Assembly (NCBI GenBank): GCA_951406725.2
Contig: OX597814.1
Location: forward strand, 3,844,001-3,908,000
Direction of reading: 5' to 3'
DNA length: 64,000 bases
From: Octopus vulgaris
Taxonomy: Eukaryota
Shown: positions 13,257-26,904 of the stretch, piece by piece
How positions within the stretch are numbered: the first letter of the stretch is position 1
Layout: every line of letters starts with the position of its first letter
The notes under the pieces: generated by a model
Seen by the model: the letters and a program-made list of their open reading frames with translations, nothing else
The model's database searches: none
Told to the model about the DNA's origin: nothing
Made by a program: the position numbers and the translations under genes

Positions 13257-13665
13257 GGTGGTGGTGGTAATGGTGGTGGTGGTAATGGTGGGAATATTGA
13301 TGAGTAGGAGGAGAATGGTTGTGATGACGATGGAAGTGTTAATGCTGTTGATGGTGGTGGTGGTGGTGGTGGTGGTGGTGGTAGTGGTAGTGGTCGTCGT
13401 CGTCGTTTTGGCGGTGATGCTGGTGGTGGTGGTGGTGGTGGTGGTGGTGGTGGTTTTGGTAGTGATGGTTGTGGTGGTGGTGGTGGTGACGACGGTGATG
13501 GTGATGTTAGTGATGATGATGATCGTGGCGATGATAATGATCATCATCGTCGTCATAGTTTAGTGGCGGCTACGGTGTCTATAATAGGTATGTCAGTGGC
13601 GGCGGTGGCGGTGGCGGCGATGGCGGTGGTGGTGGTGGTGGTGGTGGTGGTGGTGGTGGTGTTAG
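12830..13665. repeat. Degenerate (GGT/GAT)n low-complexity tract
   Basis: Direct reading of the sequence. Confidence 0.9.
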
Positions 13666-14460
13666 TGTTGCGCCATTGTATATGGCCGCGCCAGTGATAT
13701 GAAATAGCGTGTCCATCGAAGCGTGACAGTGATAAGCAGTGACTGGTCACCAATCAACTGTCAATAATTCAGAGAGTGATGGGGGAGAGGAGGGGAAAAG
13801 GAGGAGGAGGAGGTGGAGGGGGAAGAAGTGTTAGCTGCCGACAACCAACCACTACACCACACAGACACCGATCACCACCACCGCCGCCACCGCCTAAGCC
13901 ATCACAATCACGAGTTGAGCAAAGAGAGCCTCGACGTAGTCGTTTAGCCTGCTGAAGACAATAGCTAAAATCTCTCCCAAATCACACTCTACTTGAAAAA
14001 AAAAAGGAAGGTTGTGTCGGAAATGAAGTCGTAAGATATACAGAAAGACGGAGTGGTCACGTTCGGAATGATTAGAGCTTATCTGGGGCTAAACTACAAT
14101 AACATCATCAACCATTCAACCACAATCTTACTGCTACCACCACCACCACCACCACACCGCCAAATCGACACCATCGTTTTCGTCACACATTAACTCTTTC
14201 GTCATCACCACCACCACCACCACCACCACCACAACCACCATCATCATCATTATCATCATTATCATCATCGTCGTCGTGCCAACAGCAAGAAAGAGTACGA
14301 TAAGAATCACCCTAACATAAGCGTTTTCGCCATCGACACCACCATAACAACAACAACAACAACAACAACAACATTACGACAACATAATGTCAGTCGCTGG
14401 AGTATAGGAATAGTAAGGAATGGTGGATAGGGTTATAATGCTGTCCTTTTCATGATAATG

Positions 14461-14519
<59 letters not shown>

Positions 14520-15029
14520 GACGACGACGACGACGATGGTTGTGACCCCGATCAAAATTATCAACAACAGTAGCGCCAACAACATTCTCCTCATCTTCAC
14601 CACCATCACCACCGCCATCTATCAACTCTTTTGTTTTGTCGCCACCAAACACAGTTTCGATTATTTCCTCTTTATTCTCCAACCCCACCCCACACTCCAC
14701 CCTACACCCTCAAAGAAAAACTAGGCACGCATGTTCGTTACAGTTTAGCTTAAAGTAAATTTTTAGCACGATGAAAATAATCGCAAGGAGAAGAAGAAAA
14801 AAAAACAAAAGTAGAAAAATAGGAAATGGCAAAATTCTATACACCATAACAGTTCTATAATTCTTCTGTAATAATTTCGGTAAGATTTCCAACAACTACC
14901 AAATATAACAAACTGTATCGAACCTGATGAGACCACACAAGATAGAAATCGTGATGGGCTACGTGTTAAACTTACGTTTCTTTAAAACTGAAACTAATAA
15001 CTAACATTGAATTAAGGAATTCCCGATGC

Positions 15030-15303
15030 TATGTCCCGCTGAGTGGGACTTTGGGCAAGTGTCTTCTACTATAGCCTCGGGCCAACCAATGCCTTGGGAA
15101 TGAATTTAGTAGACGAAAACTGAGAGAAGCCCATCGTGTAAATATATATACATACATATAAATGTGCCTGTGTGGTAAGAAGCTCGCTAACCACATGGTC
15201 CCATTCCGTGGCACCTAGGGCAAATGTTTTCTACTATAGCCACGGGCTGACCAAAACCTTGTTAGTGGATTTGGTTGACGGAAACTGAAAGAAGCCCGTC
15301 GTA
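15030..15303 (+). mobile_element. Two tandem partial SINE family A 5' halves
   Basis: gggcaagtgtcttctactatagcc and a variant of it occur twice, each copy ending in aagccc(a/g)tcgt. Confidence 0.75.
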
Positions 15304-15599
15304 TATATATATATATATATATACATATGTGCCGAGTCGCTGACACAAGATAGAGTTCTCACCTGATGATCGCTGTAACGTGAAAATCGAACCACAAAAG
15401 AATTCAGTTTAAATAAACCACATATTCTAGAACTTGAAGGAAGTATTCTCTTCCGCATTTGTCGTCAAAAAGCGACATTTGTGCATGGATGCACTCACAC
15501 ACGTAGACTCAGGCTCACACATGCGTACACGCACATACATGCACGCGCACACGAAAACGCACCTATACAGACACGTACACATTCTTTTATTCTTTTATT

Positions 15600-15800
15600 A
15601 TTTTTCTTGTTTCAGTCATTTCACTGCGGCCATGCTGGAGCACCGCCTTTAGTCAAGCAAATCGACCCCACGACATATTCTTTGTAAGCCTAGTACCTAT
15701 TCTATCGGTCACTTTTGCCGAACCGCTAAGTGACGGGGACGTAAACACACCAGCATCTGTTGTCAAGCGATGTTAGGGAGGACAAACACAGACGCACATA

Positions 15801-15874
<74 letters not shown>

Positions 15875-16030
15875 TACGACGGGCTTCTTTCATTTTCAGT
15901 CTACCAAATCCACTCAAAAGGCTTTGGTTGGCCCGAGGTTATAGTAGAAGACACTTGCCCAAGATGCCACGCAGTGGGACTGAACCCGGAACCATGTGGT
16001 TGGTAAGCAAACTACTTACCACACTGCCAC
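15600..16030 (-). mobile_element. SINE family A, near full length
   Basis: cttgtttcagtcatttcactgcggcc...(TA)n...gggactgaacccggaaccatgtgg. Confidence 0.9.
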
Positions 16031-16141
16031 CCATATATATAATTAATTCAAAATTCGGAGAAACTAAAACAGATAAAAAGACAAGAAAAACAACATAGCA
16101 AATGCAAAGTATTAATAAGGCGCTCGGGGAAGAAAAAGAGT

Positions 16142-16176
16142 GCTTTACGTTCCGAGCATAGCTCTTCTTCGGAAAC
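16142..16176 (-). ncRNA. Degenerate minimal hammerhead motif (pLTR-like repeat related to 55480-55640)
   Basis: Minus strand reads gttt-CCGAAGAA-gagc-tat-gctc-GGAAC-GUA-aagc. Confidence 0.5.
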
Positions 16177-16379
16177 AAGAAAAACAGATAAGTCGAAAGG
16201 TAAAGGTAGAAGGAAGGGAAAAGATCGCTAATAGCCCACGTGTAGCTACATTTTTGAAGTAACCGGAAGCAGAAGGACAAAGGGGAAATGCTTTCTGAGA
16301 TAGAAGAGTGTGAAGATGGTCGGCATGTGTGTGTACACATACACACTTATTCATGCATTCATACAAACGTAGGCTTCCA

Positions 16380-16681
16380 TATCTTTTACTTGTTTCTGTC
16401 ATTAGGCTGCGGCCACGCTGGGGCACCACCCTGAAGAAGTTTAGTCGAGCTTGATACGCATTCTATCTTTTGTCGAACCGCTAAGCTACGAGGACGAAAA
16501 CACACCAGCAGCGGTTGTCAAGAGGTGGTGGGAATGTACACAGACACAAAGACACGCACTTATGTCTAAAACATATCATATCATATCATATCATACTATA
16601 CCATATTATGTTCTGTCATATATCTTATCTTTTACTTGTTTCAGTCATCAGACTGCGGAGTGTATATATATATATATATAT

Positions 16682-16712
<31 letters not shown>

Positions 16713-16781
16713 CATACATACATACATACATACATACATACATACATACATACATACATTCATACATATACATACATATAC

Positions 16782-16814
<33 letters not shown>

Positions 16815-16995
16815 CACACGACGGGCTTCTTTCAATTTCCGTCTACCAAATCCACTATCCACTCACAAGGCTTTGGTTGGCCCAAGTTAATAGTACAATA
16901 CACTTGCTCAAGGTGCCAAGGTGTCACGCAGTGGGACTAAAGCTGGAACTATGTGGTTGGAAAGCAAGCTACTTACCACACAGCCACTCTTGCAC
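16380..16995 (-). mobile_element. Rearranged SINE family A pieces
   Basis: Family A tail fragments at 16380-16560 and 16630-16660, and the head at 16820-16995. Confidence 0.7.
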
Positions 16996-17546
16996 CTATA
17001 TATATGTGTGTGTCTGTGTGTGTGTGTGTGTCTGTCTGTGTGTCTGTGTGTCTGTGTGTATGTATGTGTGTGTGTATGTATGTATGTATATGTATATCAT
17101 ACACACGCACACACACATTCACATTTCATGGACAATTTGTATTTCTTGGTTATTCAAATAATCTATTGTTTTGTTACAATTAAATGTTTATATGCTGAAT
17201 ATTCCTCCTTGTATAATTGTTTCCATTTCTGGCACATGACCAGCAGTTTGAGGGGAGGGGTCTTAGTGGATGCAATCGACTCCAGTACTTGACTGATATT
17301 GTATATTGGTGGCCTGAAAGGGATGAAAATCGCAGTTGACATCAGCGAGGTTTGAACTTGCTACGTAAGGAGGTGGAAGAAATTCTCACCGTCAAACGTT
17401 TCTGACAGCAATGGCTAACAGACAGAAATTCCCTTTGAAACACATTTTGGTGTCTATTTAGTTTAATGTAGTCATAGGATGGGGTTAACAAGTTCATTTT
17501 GTAGTTACCCTTTTGTTTTTGTGATATTCTATTGTAGGGGTTTTTG

Positions 17547-18103
17547 TAGATAGGGATTTATCTCCCTTGCCGGACATCGTTAACAGCGCATGATAGGAAG
17601 TGGGGCAGGATATAAATGGTGGACTTCTGGAATGCAAGGAGATGCTGTGAGGCTTCTTTGTGATTCAGCAGAACTCGGACATTGACAGGCGACGTTCATT
17701 GTTGTAGTCTTCGACAAAGAACTTTTCTCCCCCGAGAAAACATTTTATAAAAGAGCTTATTGATAAAGGCACAGCAGTTCGTAAGATTTTGGATTCTTTG
17801 ATTATGAAAACCATGATGCTTCAAACCGGAGCTTTCCAACACAGAAGAATAAGAATGAAAATTTATATTAACAGTTTTTAACAGACTTTGAAGAATACGC
17901 TGAAGACTTTTTCAAAATTCATTTAAAACTTTTGTCATCTCAAACAAAGCCAAAAATTTTTATAGATAGGGATTTATCTCCCTTGTCGGACATTGTTAAC
18001 TGCGCATATAAATGATGGTCTTCTGGACTTCAAAGGGATGCTGTGAGGCTTCTTTGTGATGCAGCAGAACTCGGACATTGATACGCAACGTTCATTGTAG
18101 TCT
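17547..18103. repeat. Pair of ~140-165-bp direct repeats flanking the 250-bp dispersed repeat
   Basis: tagatagggatttatctcccttg...gtagtct occurs at 17547-17710 and 17963-18103. Confidence 0.8.
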
Positions 18104-18734
18104 CCCTTCTACAGACGATACTTCCCGGATAGCAGCCTTGTGGGTCATTACTCTTTGACGTGAATCCGATCCAACCAGTTAAGAAGGCATTCTAGTTCAG
18201 TTTTGTAATCACGTGATACCGTGTGCCATTTTGAATGAGTGCCTCCAATTGTAACTTCAAATCGATTCAATTTGTGAATGAAACTAAATAGGCGGAAACT
18301 ATGAAGAAGTCTATCTGACGGACGATTCCTGTTCACGGGGAATTGAGTTCGTTCGTTGTCTAGTTTAACAACTGCAACTGGACCCTTCGGTGCCCCTCAA
18401 GGGGATCCACAATGCTGTAATTATTCAAACCAGGTTTCCGTTCCGTATTTTGTTGACTGTCTCGTTTTCTCCTCCTTTGTCTATCATCTCAATAATAGCC
18501 CCAATTCTTTAACGCAAACAGACAAGCGGCAACATGGAACTTAAAGTCTTCAGACTTCAGATGCGCCGAAAATACGCTTGTCCAGTAGGTCGCCATTACT
18601 AATGAAGGGTTTTCAACGTTTCCTTGACCTTCGTTCTTTTTTCGTTAACCGTTTCTGTGTTCCATCTTGAATGTTCTTTACTAAATGTGTAGCGAACACA
18701 GCCTTCCAACATTTTTGCCTCCCCATCAATAACA

Positions 18735-18882
18735 TGATCATCATCATTCATCATTGTTCGACCGTGGTCGAGACATTGGAATTCACCATGCTACGCCAGA
18801 CTTCACGGTCCATCATGGCATTACGGAGGTCCTGTTGCTGGATGCCTGTATCCCTGGAGATTAGATCAGGGTAGGAGAGTGA
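18735..18882 (-). pseudogene. 3' end of an RTE-clade LINE
   Basis: 18882..18751 translates to SLSYPDLISRDTGIQQQDLRNAMMDREVWRSMVNSNVSTTVEQ*, which carries the RTE-type DRxxWR terminus. A (TGA)n tail follows. Confidence 0.75.
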
Positions 18883-19558
18883 TACATGTAATAACATGAT
18901 ACATTGATACCCGTTGTAGTAACACCCCATGTTCTGTGATTTCGCCCCCTGGTCAGTGCTGTGGGTCCTCTAAACAACGTTGTCTTCATCGACGCTGACC
19001 TTCCTTCTCTGACTAACCCATACATAAAAATCTATAACGATGTTGCATATCGATCTTTTATCGATGATGTATCGATATACGACTAAATGTAGGAGAGTGT
19101 ATTAAGTGCTGGCAACTTAACTTCGTGATTGTTGTAACTCTTGATTGATTTTCTCTCTTGTAGAATCACTTCGATTTCTTTGAAATCATTTTTGAGCATT
19201 GATTCTCTATTTTAATTTTATTTGTACTTTTAATATATATATATGTGTGTATGTGTGCAAGCGCGCACACGTACACACATAGACATATATACGTATGTAC
19301 ACCATATATATTTGTGGCTGCGTACGTACATATATATATATATATATATACACATAAATATGTACACATATACTTAGACATGCATATATATACATACATA
19401 CATACATAGCTACGCATACATACATACAGATACCCATATATACACACGTACACACAAACACATACATACATACGTGCATACATACAAACATACGTACATA
19501 CATGCATGCATATATACATACATACATACATACATACATACATACATACATACATACA

Positions 19559-19594
<36 letters not shown>

Positions 19595-20569
19595 TATACA
19601 TATATACATTCATACATGCATGCATGCGTTATTAATATGTTAACCCGCAGAAACTGTTAAATTCACACTTCGTGCTTGTCCTGTGGTGACAACGTTATCC
19701 AACTCTCTCTCGTACAACCTTGTTACTCACAGAAGTCTACTACAACTCCAGAGTCTTTCTTTTATATATAAAAATGTTTTTTGTGTGTGTTTGCTGGTTT
19801 GTTTTTTGCAGTAGAGGGTGGATGTTGTTTCTCCAAGCACTACCTTGTATCGGCACGATCTAAGCGTTCCAATTTCAAAACCTAGTCTCAGATCGACTCA
19901 AAAGAAAATTTTCACCGAGAATTGATTTCTTACTTTGGCAAACTACCACAAATTGACAAGAGAAAGGCTTAATAATCGATGAAATCAAATCGATCTTAAA
20001 TTCTTTTATCAGGCCCAGAAGGACAAAAGACAAAGTTGACCCCCGGATGAATTGAAACTTATAACTTAAAGGAATATAATTAAATACCGCAAAAATCGTT
20101 ACCCACTGAACTACCGCCCGACATTGTTAACGCCACACTACCGAATCGACTTCACCACCACCACCATCCATTCTAACACCACCCCTGCACCACTAAAACT
20201 ACCCATGAGCCAACATTACTAACGGCACGACACTCTAAAACTTCAACCATCTTTACAGCGATTTTTGTTAACATAAACACGGGGCACGAACGTTAAGGGA
20301 TACGTCTAGTTAATTCGATCCTTAAAACCCCTAACAGTTAAAGGTGCTTACTGTATTTATGCCAGAGCAATAAATGACCATATAACGGGATGCAAAACTT
20401 CACCACAACACAATATATCCGATGCTCTACCAATTCTGCCAATCTTCAGGATTTTTATGTATAAAATATTGGTAAAGTTTTTTAATAGAAGTTTCTTGAG
20501 ACAGCTTTTCTCTATGGCTATAGTTTATATTCTACTCGGCGAATACATCGTTGAGGACGTCGTTATGTG

Positions 20570-21050
20570 CACTGTGTTCACCTATGTTCAAACATTATTT
20601 GTGTTCACCAATGTTTAAAGACTGCATTGAGTCCACCAATGTTCACAAATTACATTGTACTGACCAATGTTCATAGATTGTACTGTTTCGGCAACCTTGA
20701 AATGCTAATTTATGATCACCAATTTGCATATATTATGTTGTGTTCACTAATGTTCACGAATTACAATGCTTCACTAATGTTCATAGATGGCATTGTTCTC
20801 CAATTTTCCAACATTAACGTTCACCAATACTCATACATTAACTGTTCACCAGTAACTTTAATTTATGTTTGGTAATTTTCCCGAAATAGAATGTTCAGCA
20901 ATGTTCATAGATTACATTATGTTCACCTTGTCCGTATAATAAAATGTGTTCGATGTTCATAAATGTCATTGTGATAACAATTTTTCATTCGTTGCTACAT
21001 GTTCACTAATAATATTCATAGACTGTATTCACTGACATTCATGAATTACA
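20570..21050. repeat. Highly decayed ~28-30-bp minisatellite
   Basis: Recurring tgttcac(c/t)aatgttca...attacatt motif. Confidence 0.65.
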
Positions 21051-21288
21051 GTGTTGGCCTGCTCGCTTAGCCAGCGGGGTGGTGTCATTTGAAGGCTAAA
21101 ACAATGCGAAGCGCATTGTGACAAGCGATGTGTAGCAACATCTGATAGCCTGGTCGGTCACGGTGATCACGGTGATATATATATATATATATATATCTGG
21201 CGACGTTGATGTTCGCCTGGGACTAAATGCAACAGTAACACCCCCACCACCCTGCCCTGTCCCTAGCCATATTCAGATGGCTTTAGTC

Positions 21289-21339
<51 letters not shown>

Positions 21340-21506
21340 GTAGGATAAAATTTTTTTCGAAAAAACAATTTTTTTCGAAAAAAAAATTCTTTTCGAAAAA
21401 AATTTTATCAATGGCCAGCATATTAAAAAATACCTTTAAAGGTTAAAGGTTAAATTAGTTACTCATGGATATGAGTAAGTATCTCATTTATTTCTTTTGC
21501 CACATG

Positions 21507-21563
21507 TATCACTGACGAAGGGGCGGGATGCTGTTATGAGCTAACCCTGAAATCGGTCCGATA
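21507..21563 (+). ncRNA. Type I hammerhead ribozyme motif (Penelope pLTR type)
   Basis: tatca-CUGACGAA-gggg...ccct-GAAA-tcg-GUC-cgata. Stem III is one substitution away from the palindrome ACCGGT. It lies in a ~370-bp insert between (TA)n tracts. Confidence 0.7.
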
Positions 21564-21709
21564 TGGTAATAATGGAATTTTAGAAATTTCTGTCGACCTT
21601 TTTCCGAGTAGCATGTGTATTGTGAAAAAATTATATGGTTAATGGACAATATGTCCAATTTTTCTGCATATTTGGCATTAGAAATTTTTTCCTTTGCACT
21701 CATTTATGA

Positions 21710-21745
<36 letters not shown>

Positions 21746-21808
21746 TCATAAATAAGGACAAACTCAGAGTTTTATCTTGACTACCGAGTAATGTAACATA
21801 TTGTATAG

Positions 21809-21841
<33 letters not shown>

Positions 21842-21854
21842 TGTATTATTTTAT

Positions 21855-21986
21855 GTAGAAAAATACAAACTGGGACAAGAACGTAAAACATTTAGAAGAC
21901 GATACAAAAAACACGGACGGGACATTCGAAGCCTTCAATCTTCAGTCAAGAACCGGATCGTCGTAGCAATTTCGGCTGATTAATCT

Positions 21987-21990
<4 letters not shown>
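21855..21990. mobile_element. (TA)n-embedded repeat, near-identical to 26655-26790
   Basis: agaaaaatacaaactgggacaa...tttcggctgattaatcttga. A related diverged copy is at 1340-1475. Confidence 0.8.
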
Positions 21991-22043
<53 letters not shown>

Positions 22044-22047
22044 TGTA

Positions 22048-22144
<97 letters not shown>

Positions 22145-22288
22145 TACACATATATGTGTCTGTATGTGTGTATTGTATGCATGTCTCTGTATATATGTAT
22201 ATATATATATATATATATAATGCATGTTTGAGTGTGTATAAATGTATATGCGCTTGAACCGTCTGCCCGTGTGTTTGTGCATGTGTAT

Positions 22289-22321
<33 letters not shown>

Positions 22322-22507
22322 GCTTTTGTTGTAATTTTCACAGCTGTTGCATGGCTAGGTATTAAATCTGTGGCGTTCACTTCAATCGAACCATTCGTCT
22401 CTCTCTCTATGCGTGTTTGTGCGTCTGTGTCTGTGTCTGTGTGTCCCCGATAAGTAAACCTAACAGTCTCTCTATCTAACCGTCTATCTGTCTGTCTATT
22501 TGTCTAT

Positions 22508-22610
<103 letters not shown>

Positions 22611-22731
22611 TCTCTATCTGTTCCCCACGATGTCCAAAACATTTGAGCTGAAACATGTAAAAGTGTATGTACACACACACACACACACACTTTTACGTGT
22701 TTCTGTCTATTTATCTATTCATTCATCTTTC

Positions 22732-22770
<39 letters not shown>

Positions 22771-23215
22771 GTCTGTCTGTCTGTCCATCCATCCTTCTAT
22801 CTATCTATCTATCTCTATCTGTCTGCCTGTCTGTCTGTTTGCTAATCTCCGTCTCTTTCTCTGTTTACCAGCAGTAACTACCGCCATCTAGCCATCTATC
22901 TCTCTTACCCATACACACACAGATATATATACATATATATACATACATGCATACATATACATATATATATATATGTACAAATATATATATACATATATAT
23001 ATATATGTACATACATATATGTATACATATTTAGTATTTATAAATTGAATTTTTCCCTGTAAGTTAGGAATAATATTACCTCAAATTATCATTATAAGTA
23101 TATATATATGTATGTGTGTGTGTGTGAGTGTATATATATATATGTTTATATTTATACATTTGCATATAATATATATGTAGAAATACACTCTCGAATACAC
23201 ATAGATAGACAGAAC

Positions 23216-23295
<80 letters not shown>

Positions 23296-24344
23296 TCTTG
23301 GTACATATATTTATAGATAATCACATACATATATATGTATAAATTTCCCATTTAGGTGTGTGTATATATATGTATTTACTACACTATATGTGTATATCTA
23401 TGCAAATATTTGTGTATGTGTGTGTGTGTGTGTGTGTATAATATGTACGTATGTGATTATAAATGGGACATATGAGATACAAATGTGCAAGTATTTATCT
23501 ATGTGTATATATATGAGGATATATACCTGTATAAACATGTAAGTGTTAATGTTTCATATCTTTGTATATATATATATGTATATATGTGTATGTATGTATG
23601 TGCGCGTGGGAATATATTTACGTACGTATGTATGCATGCATTCTTGCATGTATGTATGTATGTATGAATGTATGTATATATCTGCGTATATATGTGAACA
23701 GCCAAGCGGTGGTTATTTTAGTCTGGCCAATAATGCGTTAGTCTTATCAGCATAAATAGTTTGTAGTCTGCAGGGAATATGGCCACCACCCCGAACTTTC
23801 TACGGCCTCTAATGTCTTCTTTTGATATCGTTATATATACATGCACACATACATACAAATATAATACATATATATTATAAATTTATCATAGTGTATATTG
23901 TATATGTATATTTAGAATATGTGTGTATGATGTGTATAATAATGTATATATTTACAAACACACACACACACACACACACACGTATCTGCCGATTGATCTT
24001 TTGTTACCATTCACTTTATATTTCAAATATGTATATGCGTTCATAACATACACACACAACCACACACACACATATTTAACCACACAACCACACACACACA
24101 CACATATTTAACCACACAACCATGCGCACACACACACACACACACACATATTCAAAAATGTACGGCAGAGTTACAGAGGTATAAAATTAGTTGAACACAC
24201 ATTTTCAGACTCACTTTCAAGAAAAAAAAAATATTGTGTCTAAACCACATGTAGTGTGTGTGTGCGTGTGTGTGTGTGTGTGTGCTTGTGTGTGTTTGTC
24301 TGTGTGTTTGTGTGTGCGTGTGTGTGTGTATGTGTGTGTGTGTG

Positions 24345-24385
<41 letters not shown>

Positions 24386-24429
24386 TGTATGTTTGTGTGT
24401 GTGTGTGTGTTTGTGTATGTTTGTGTGTT

Positions 24430-24462
<33 letters not shown>

Positions 24463-24688
24463 TTTTTTTTTTTTGTTGTGTGTGTGTGTGAAAGAGCGAG
24501 GGGAGAGGTGAGACAAAAAGAGAGAGAACAGAATTGTTATTTAAATTCGAGCAGACCAGCTCAGTTTTGTTTCCACTTTATGTATATTAAGACATGACTA
24601 AATCATAAACGCCTATCAATACTGTCGTATCTTTTGTCAGAAAATGACTAACCTGTCTCTCATGAAGTGGTACACGCCATTGAAACTA

Positions 24689-24751
<63 letters not shown>

Positions 24752-24989
24752 ATTTTATTCTATTTATTTATTTATAATTTCACCGAGAATAATATTTGGT
24801 TTAAGTACAGTCTCTATTTCTCACAACAAAGCTGAAATATATGCATTTTGTAAAAGTACAAACAACATCGTCTGTTTATTATGTTTCTAGCTCCAGACAA
24901 ACGCATGTAAGTTAATCTTCTGTCGATGTAACAACGATGGACTCTTGCATCGCAGACGACAGATGAGCTTTCGGCGTTTTGCTGAAAGA

Positions 24990-25234
24990 CCTGCACAAAT
25001 GATTTGGTTATAGGGGTCATATGCATGTGTTGTACATCAGCTCATTCCTTCATTCAAATCAACGTTGCCCGAATTGAGCACCGTGCTCCACAGGTCACGT
25101 ATCGAAGTCATCGCAGAAAATGGTGAGACGAAGCGTTTTGCTCAACAACACAACGCATCATCCGCTCTGGGGAATTGAACCCACCATCTTGAGGTCGAGA
25201 ATGCAAAGTCCTAAACACTAGGCCAGGCATCCTC
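24990..25234 (-). mobile_element. Old tRNA-derived SINE (family D-like)
   Basis: The reverse complement has tggcctagtg (A box), gggttcaattccc (B box) and ttgtgttgttgagcaaaac (core). Confidence 0.65.
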
Positions 25235-25235
25235 A

Positions 25236-25400
25236 CCAAAATTGTTGCAAAATGTCTGCCCCCTTGGCACGGCTAGAATAATCAGGAAAGTATTAGGTAA
25301 CTGAAAGGAACGGACAGCATGGAACCATAGCCAGCAGGTAGTAGGCCCGCTGCGTATGCAAGACTCCAGGATCTCCAACAAAACCTGTGATAAAGAGAAA
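25236..25400 (+). pseudogene. 5'-truncated R4/Dong-clade LINE 3' end
   Basis: KLLQNVCPLGTARIIRKVLGN* (stop at 25302-25304) matches the R4/Dong terminal LQKxxLLGTAxIxRKVL motif. It is followed by a UTR and (AAC)/(AAT)n. Confidence 0.75.
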
Positions 25401-25420
25401 ACAACAACAACAAACAACAA

Positions 25421-25492
<72 letters not shown>

Positions 25493-25497
<5 letters not shown>

Positions 25498-26050
25498 GCC
25501 CTGATACAGTACCAGGCAGTGGCTCACATGGCTTCTGATCTTAACTGATTGGAAGTGTTATCATGTACATTGTTTTGTCTTGGTATAAAAGATGGGCTAC
25601 AGCAAATATTCTGCTCAATACCACGGATTTGCTTGTCGGTTGTTTGACCTTAACCAGTTGAGCATGTCCCTTAGTGGCTGGCATATGTGCATCTCTGACC
25701 ACGAGCAGAAGTAGTGGGGGAGCATCATAGCCATGTGTTGAGAGGGATTCTTAGAGGTTTGGATAATTCACCTTTGGAAACATGGGTGGTTCGTTTAGCA
25801 TCCTTAAACAATCCTTATTTAGGTACCTTTTGAGCGGGATGGGCTACTTGACCAGAAGAAAATTCTAACTGGGCCCCACCTGCAAGGTTATGTGCTGTTC
25901 ATCTTGATATGTGATTACCATGTCGCGCACATATGGTTGTGATGCATGTGCCTGGTGTACCCTTATCAGACGAGCAGTCATGATGGGTATACTGGGCTTC
26001 GTATATTTTACCCTAGTGTCACTTTGATGGCATGCGCTGCTCTCTCACTC
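25493..26050 (+). mobile_element. Family E: ~555-bp non-coding element in (AAT)n
   Basis: Same ends as, and high identity to, 46701-47257. An extra 3'-end-only copy lies at 26101-26145. Confidence 0.85.
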
Positions 26051-26101
<51 letters not shown>

Positions 26102-26163
26102 TTTACCCAAGTGTCACTTTGATGGCATGCACTGTTCTCTCACTCAATAATAATAATAATAGT

Positions 26164-26377
26164 CCTTTCTGCTAAAGGCAAAGGCCTGAAATTTTTGGGG
26201 AGGAGGGTATGTCGATTCCATCGATCCCAGTACGCAACTGGTTCTTAATGTATCGACCCCGAAAGGACGAAAGGCAAAATCGACCTCGGCGGAATTTGAA
26301 CTCAGAACGTAACGACAGACGAAATACCGCTAAGCATTTCGTCCAGCGCACTAACGATTCTAACAGCTCACCGCCTT
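26164..26377 (-). mobile_element. SINE family B
   Basis: Reverse complement of family B. The head abuts (GAA)n at 26380-26520. Confidence 0.85.
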
Positions 26378-26432
26378 CAGAGAAGAAGAAGAAGAAGAAG
26401 AAGAAGAAGAAGAAGAAGAAGAAGAAGAAGAA

Positions 26433-26479
<47 letters not shown>

Positions 26480-26601
26480 AGAAGAAGAAGAAGAAGAAGA
26501 AGAAGAAGAAGAAGAAGAAACTATAATAAATAAAAATAAGAATCTAACGGATATGTTTAAAGAAATAGTAACAGGTCAAGACGAGGTATAATGTAAGCAA
26601 G

Positions 26602-26653
<52 letters not shown>

Positions 26654-26654
26654 G

Positions 26655-26890
26655 CAGAAAAATACAAACTGGGACAAAAACGTAAAACATTTAGAAGACG
26701 ATACAAAAAACACGGACGGGACATTCGAAGCCTTCAATCTTCAGTCAAGAATCGGATCATCCTCGCAATTTCGGCTGATTAATCTTGAGATTACTCCGAT
26801 CTAGGCGGCTCCCAAGGGAAATCTAAGCCAAGCGCATTAGATTCCTTGGAAGAAAGCCTCGAATGTATACGAAACAAGGACGGAAACCAG
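26655..26890. mobile_element. (TA)n-embedded repeat, longer copy of the 21855 family
   Basis: Flanked by (TA)n on both sides and near-identical to 21855-21990. Confidence 0.8.
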
Positions 26891-26904
26891 ATATATATAT
26901 ACTG

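Noticed and set aside
13670-13775. Possible enhancer (TGACAG, CCAAT, GATAAG motifs)
   Set aside because: There are only a few short motifs, which cannot be distinguished from chance without conservation data.
14920-14955. Hammerhead-like ctgatga...gaaa, also at 15360-15400, 32431-32475 and 53505-53550
   Set aside because: The core boxes are partly present, but the stems or cleavage triplet fail. They may be very decayed copies, but I cannot support them.
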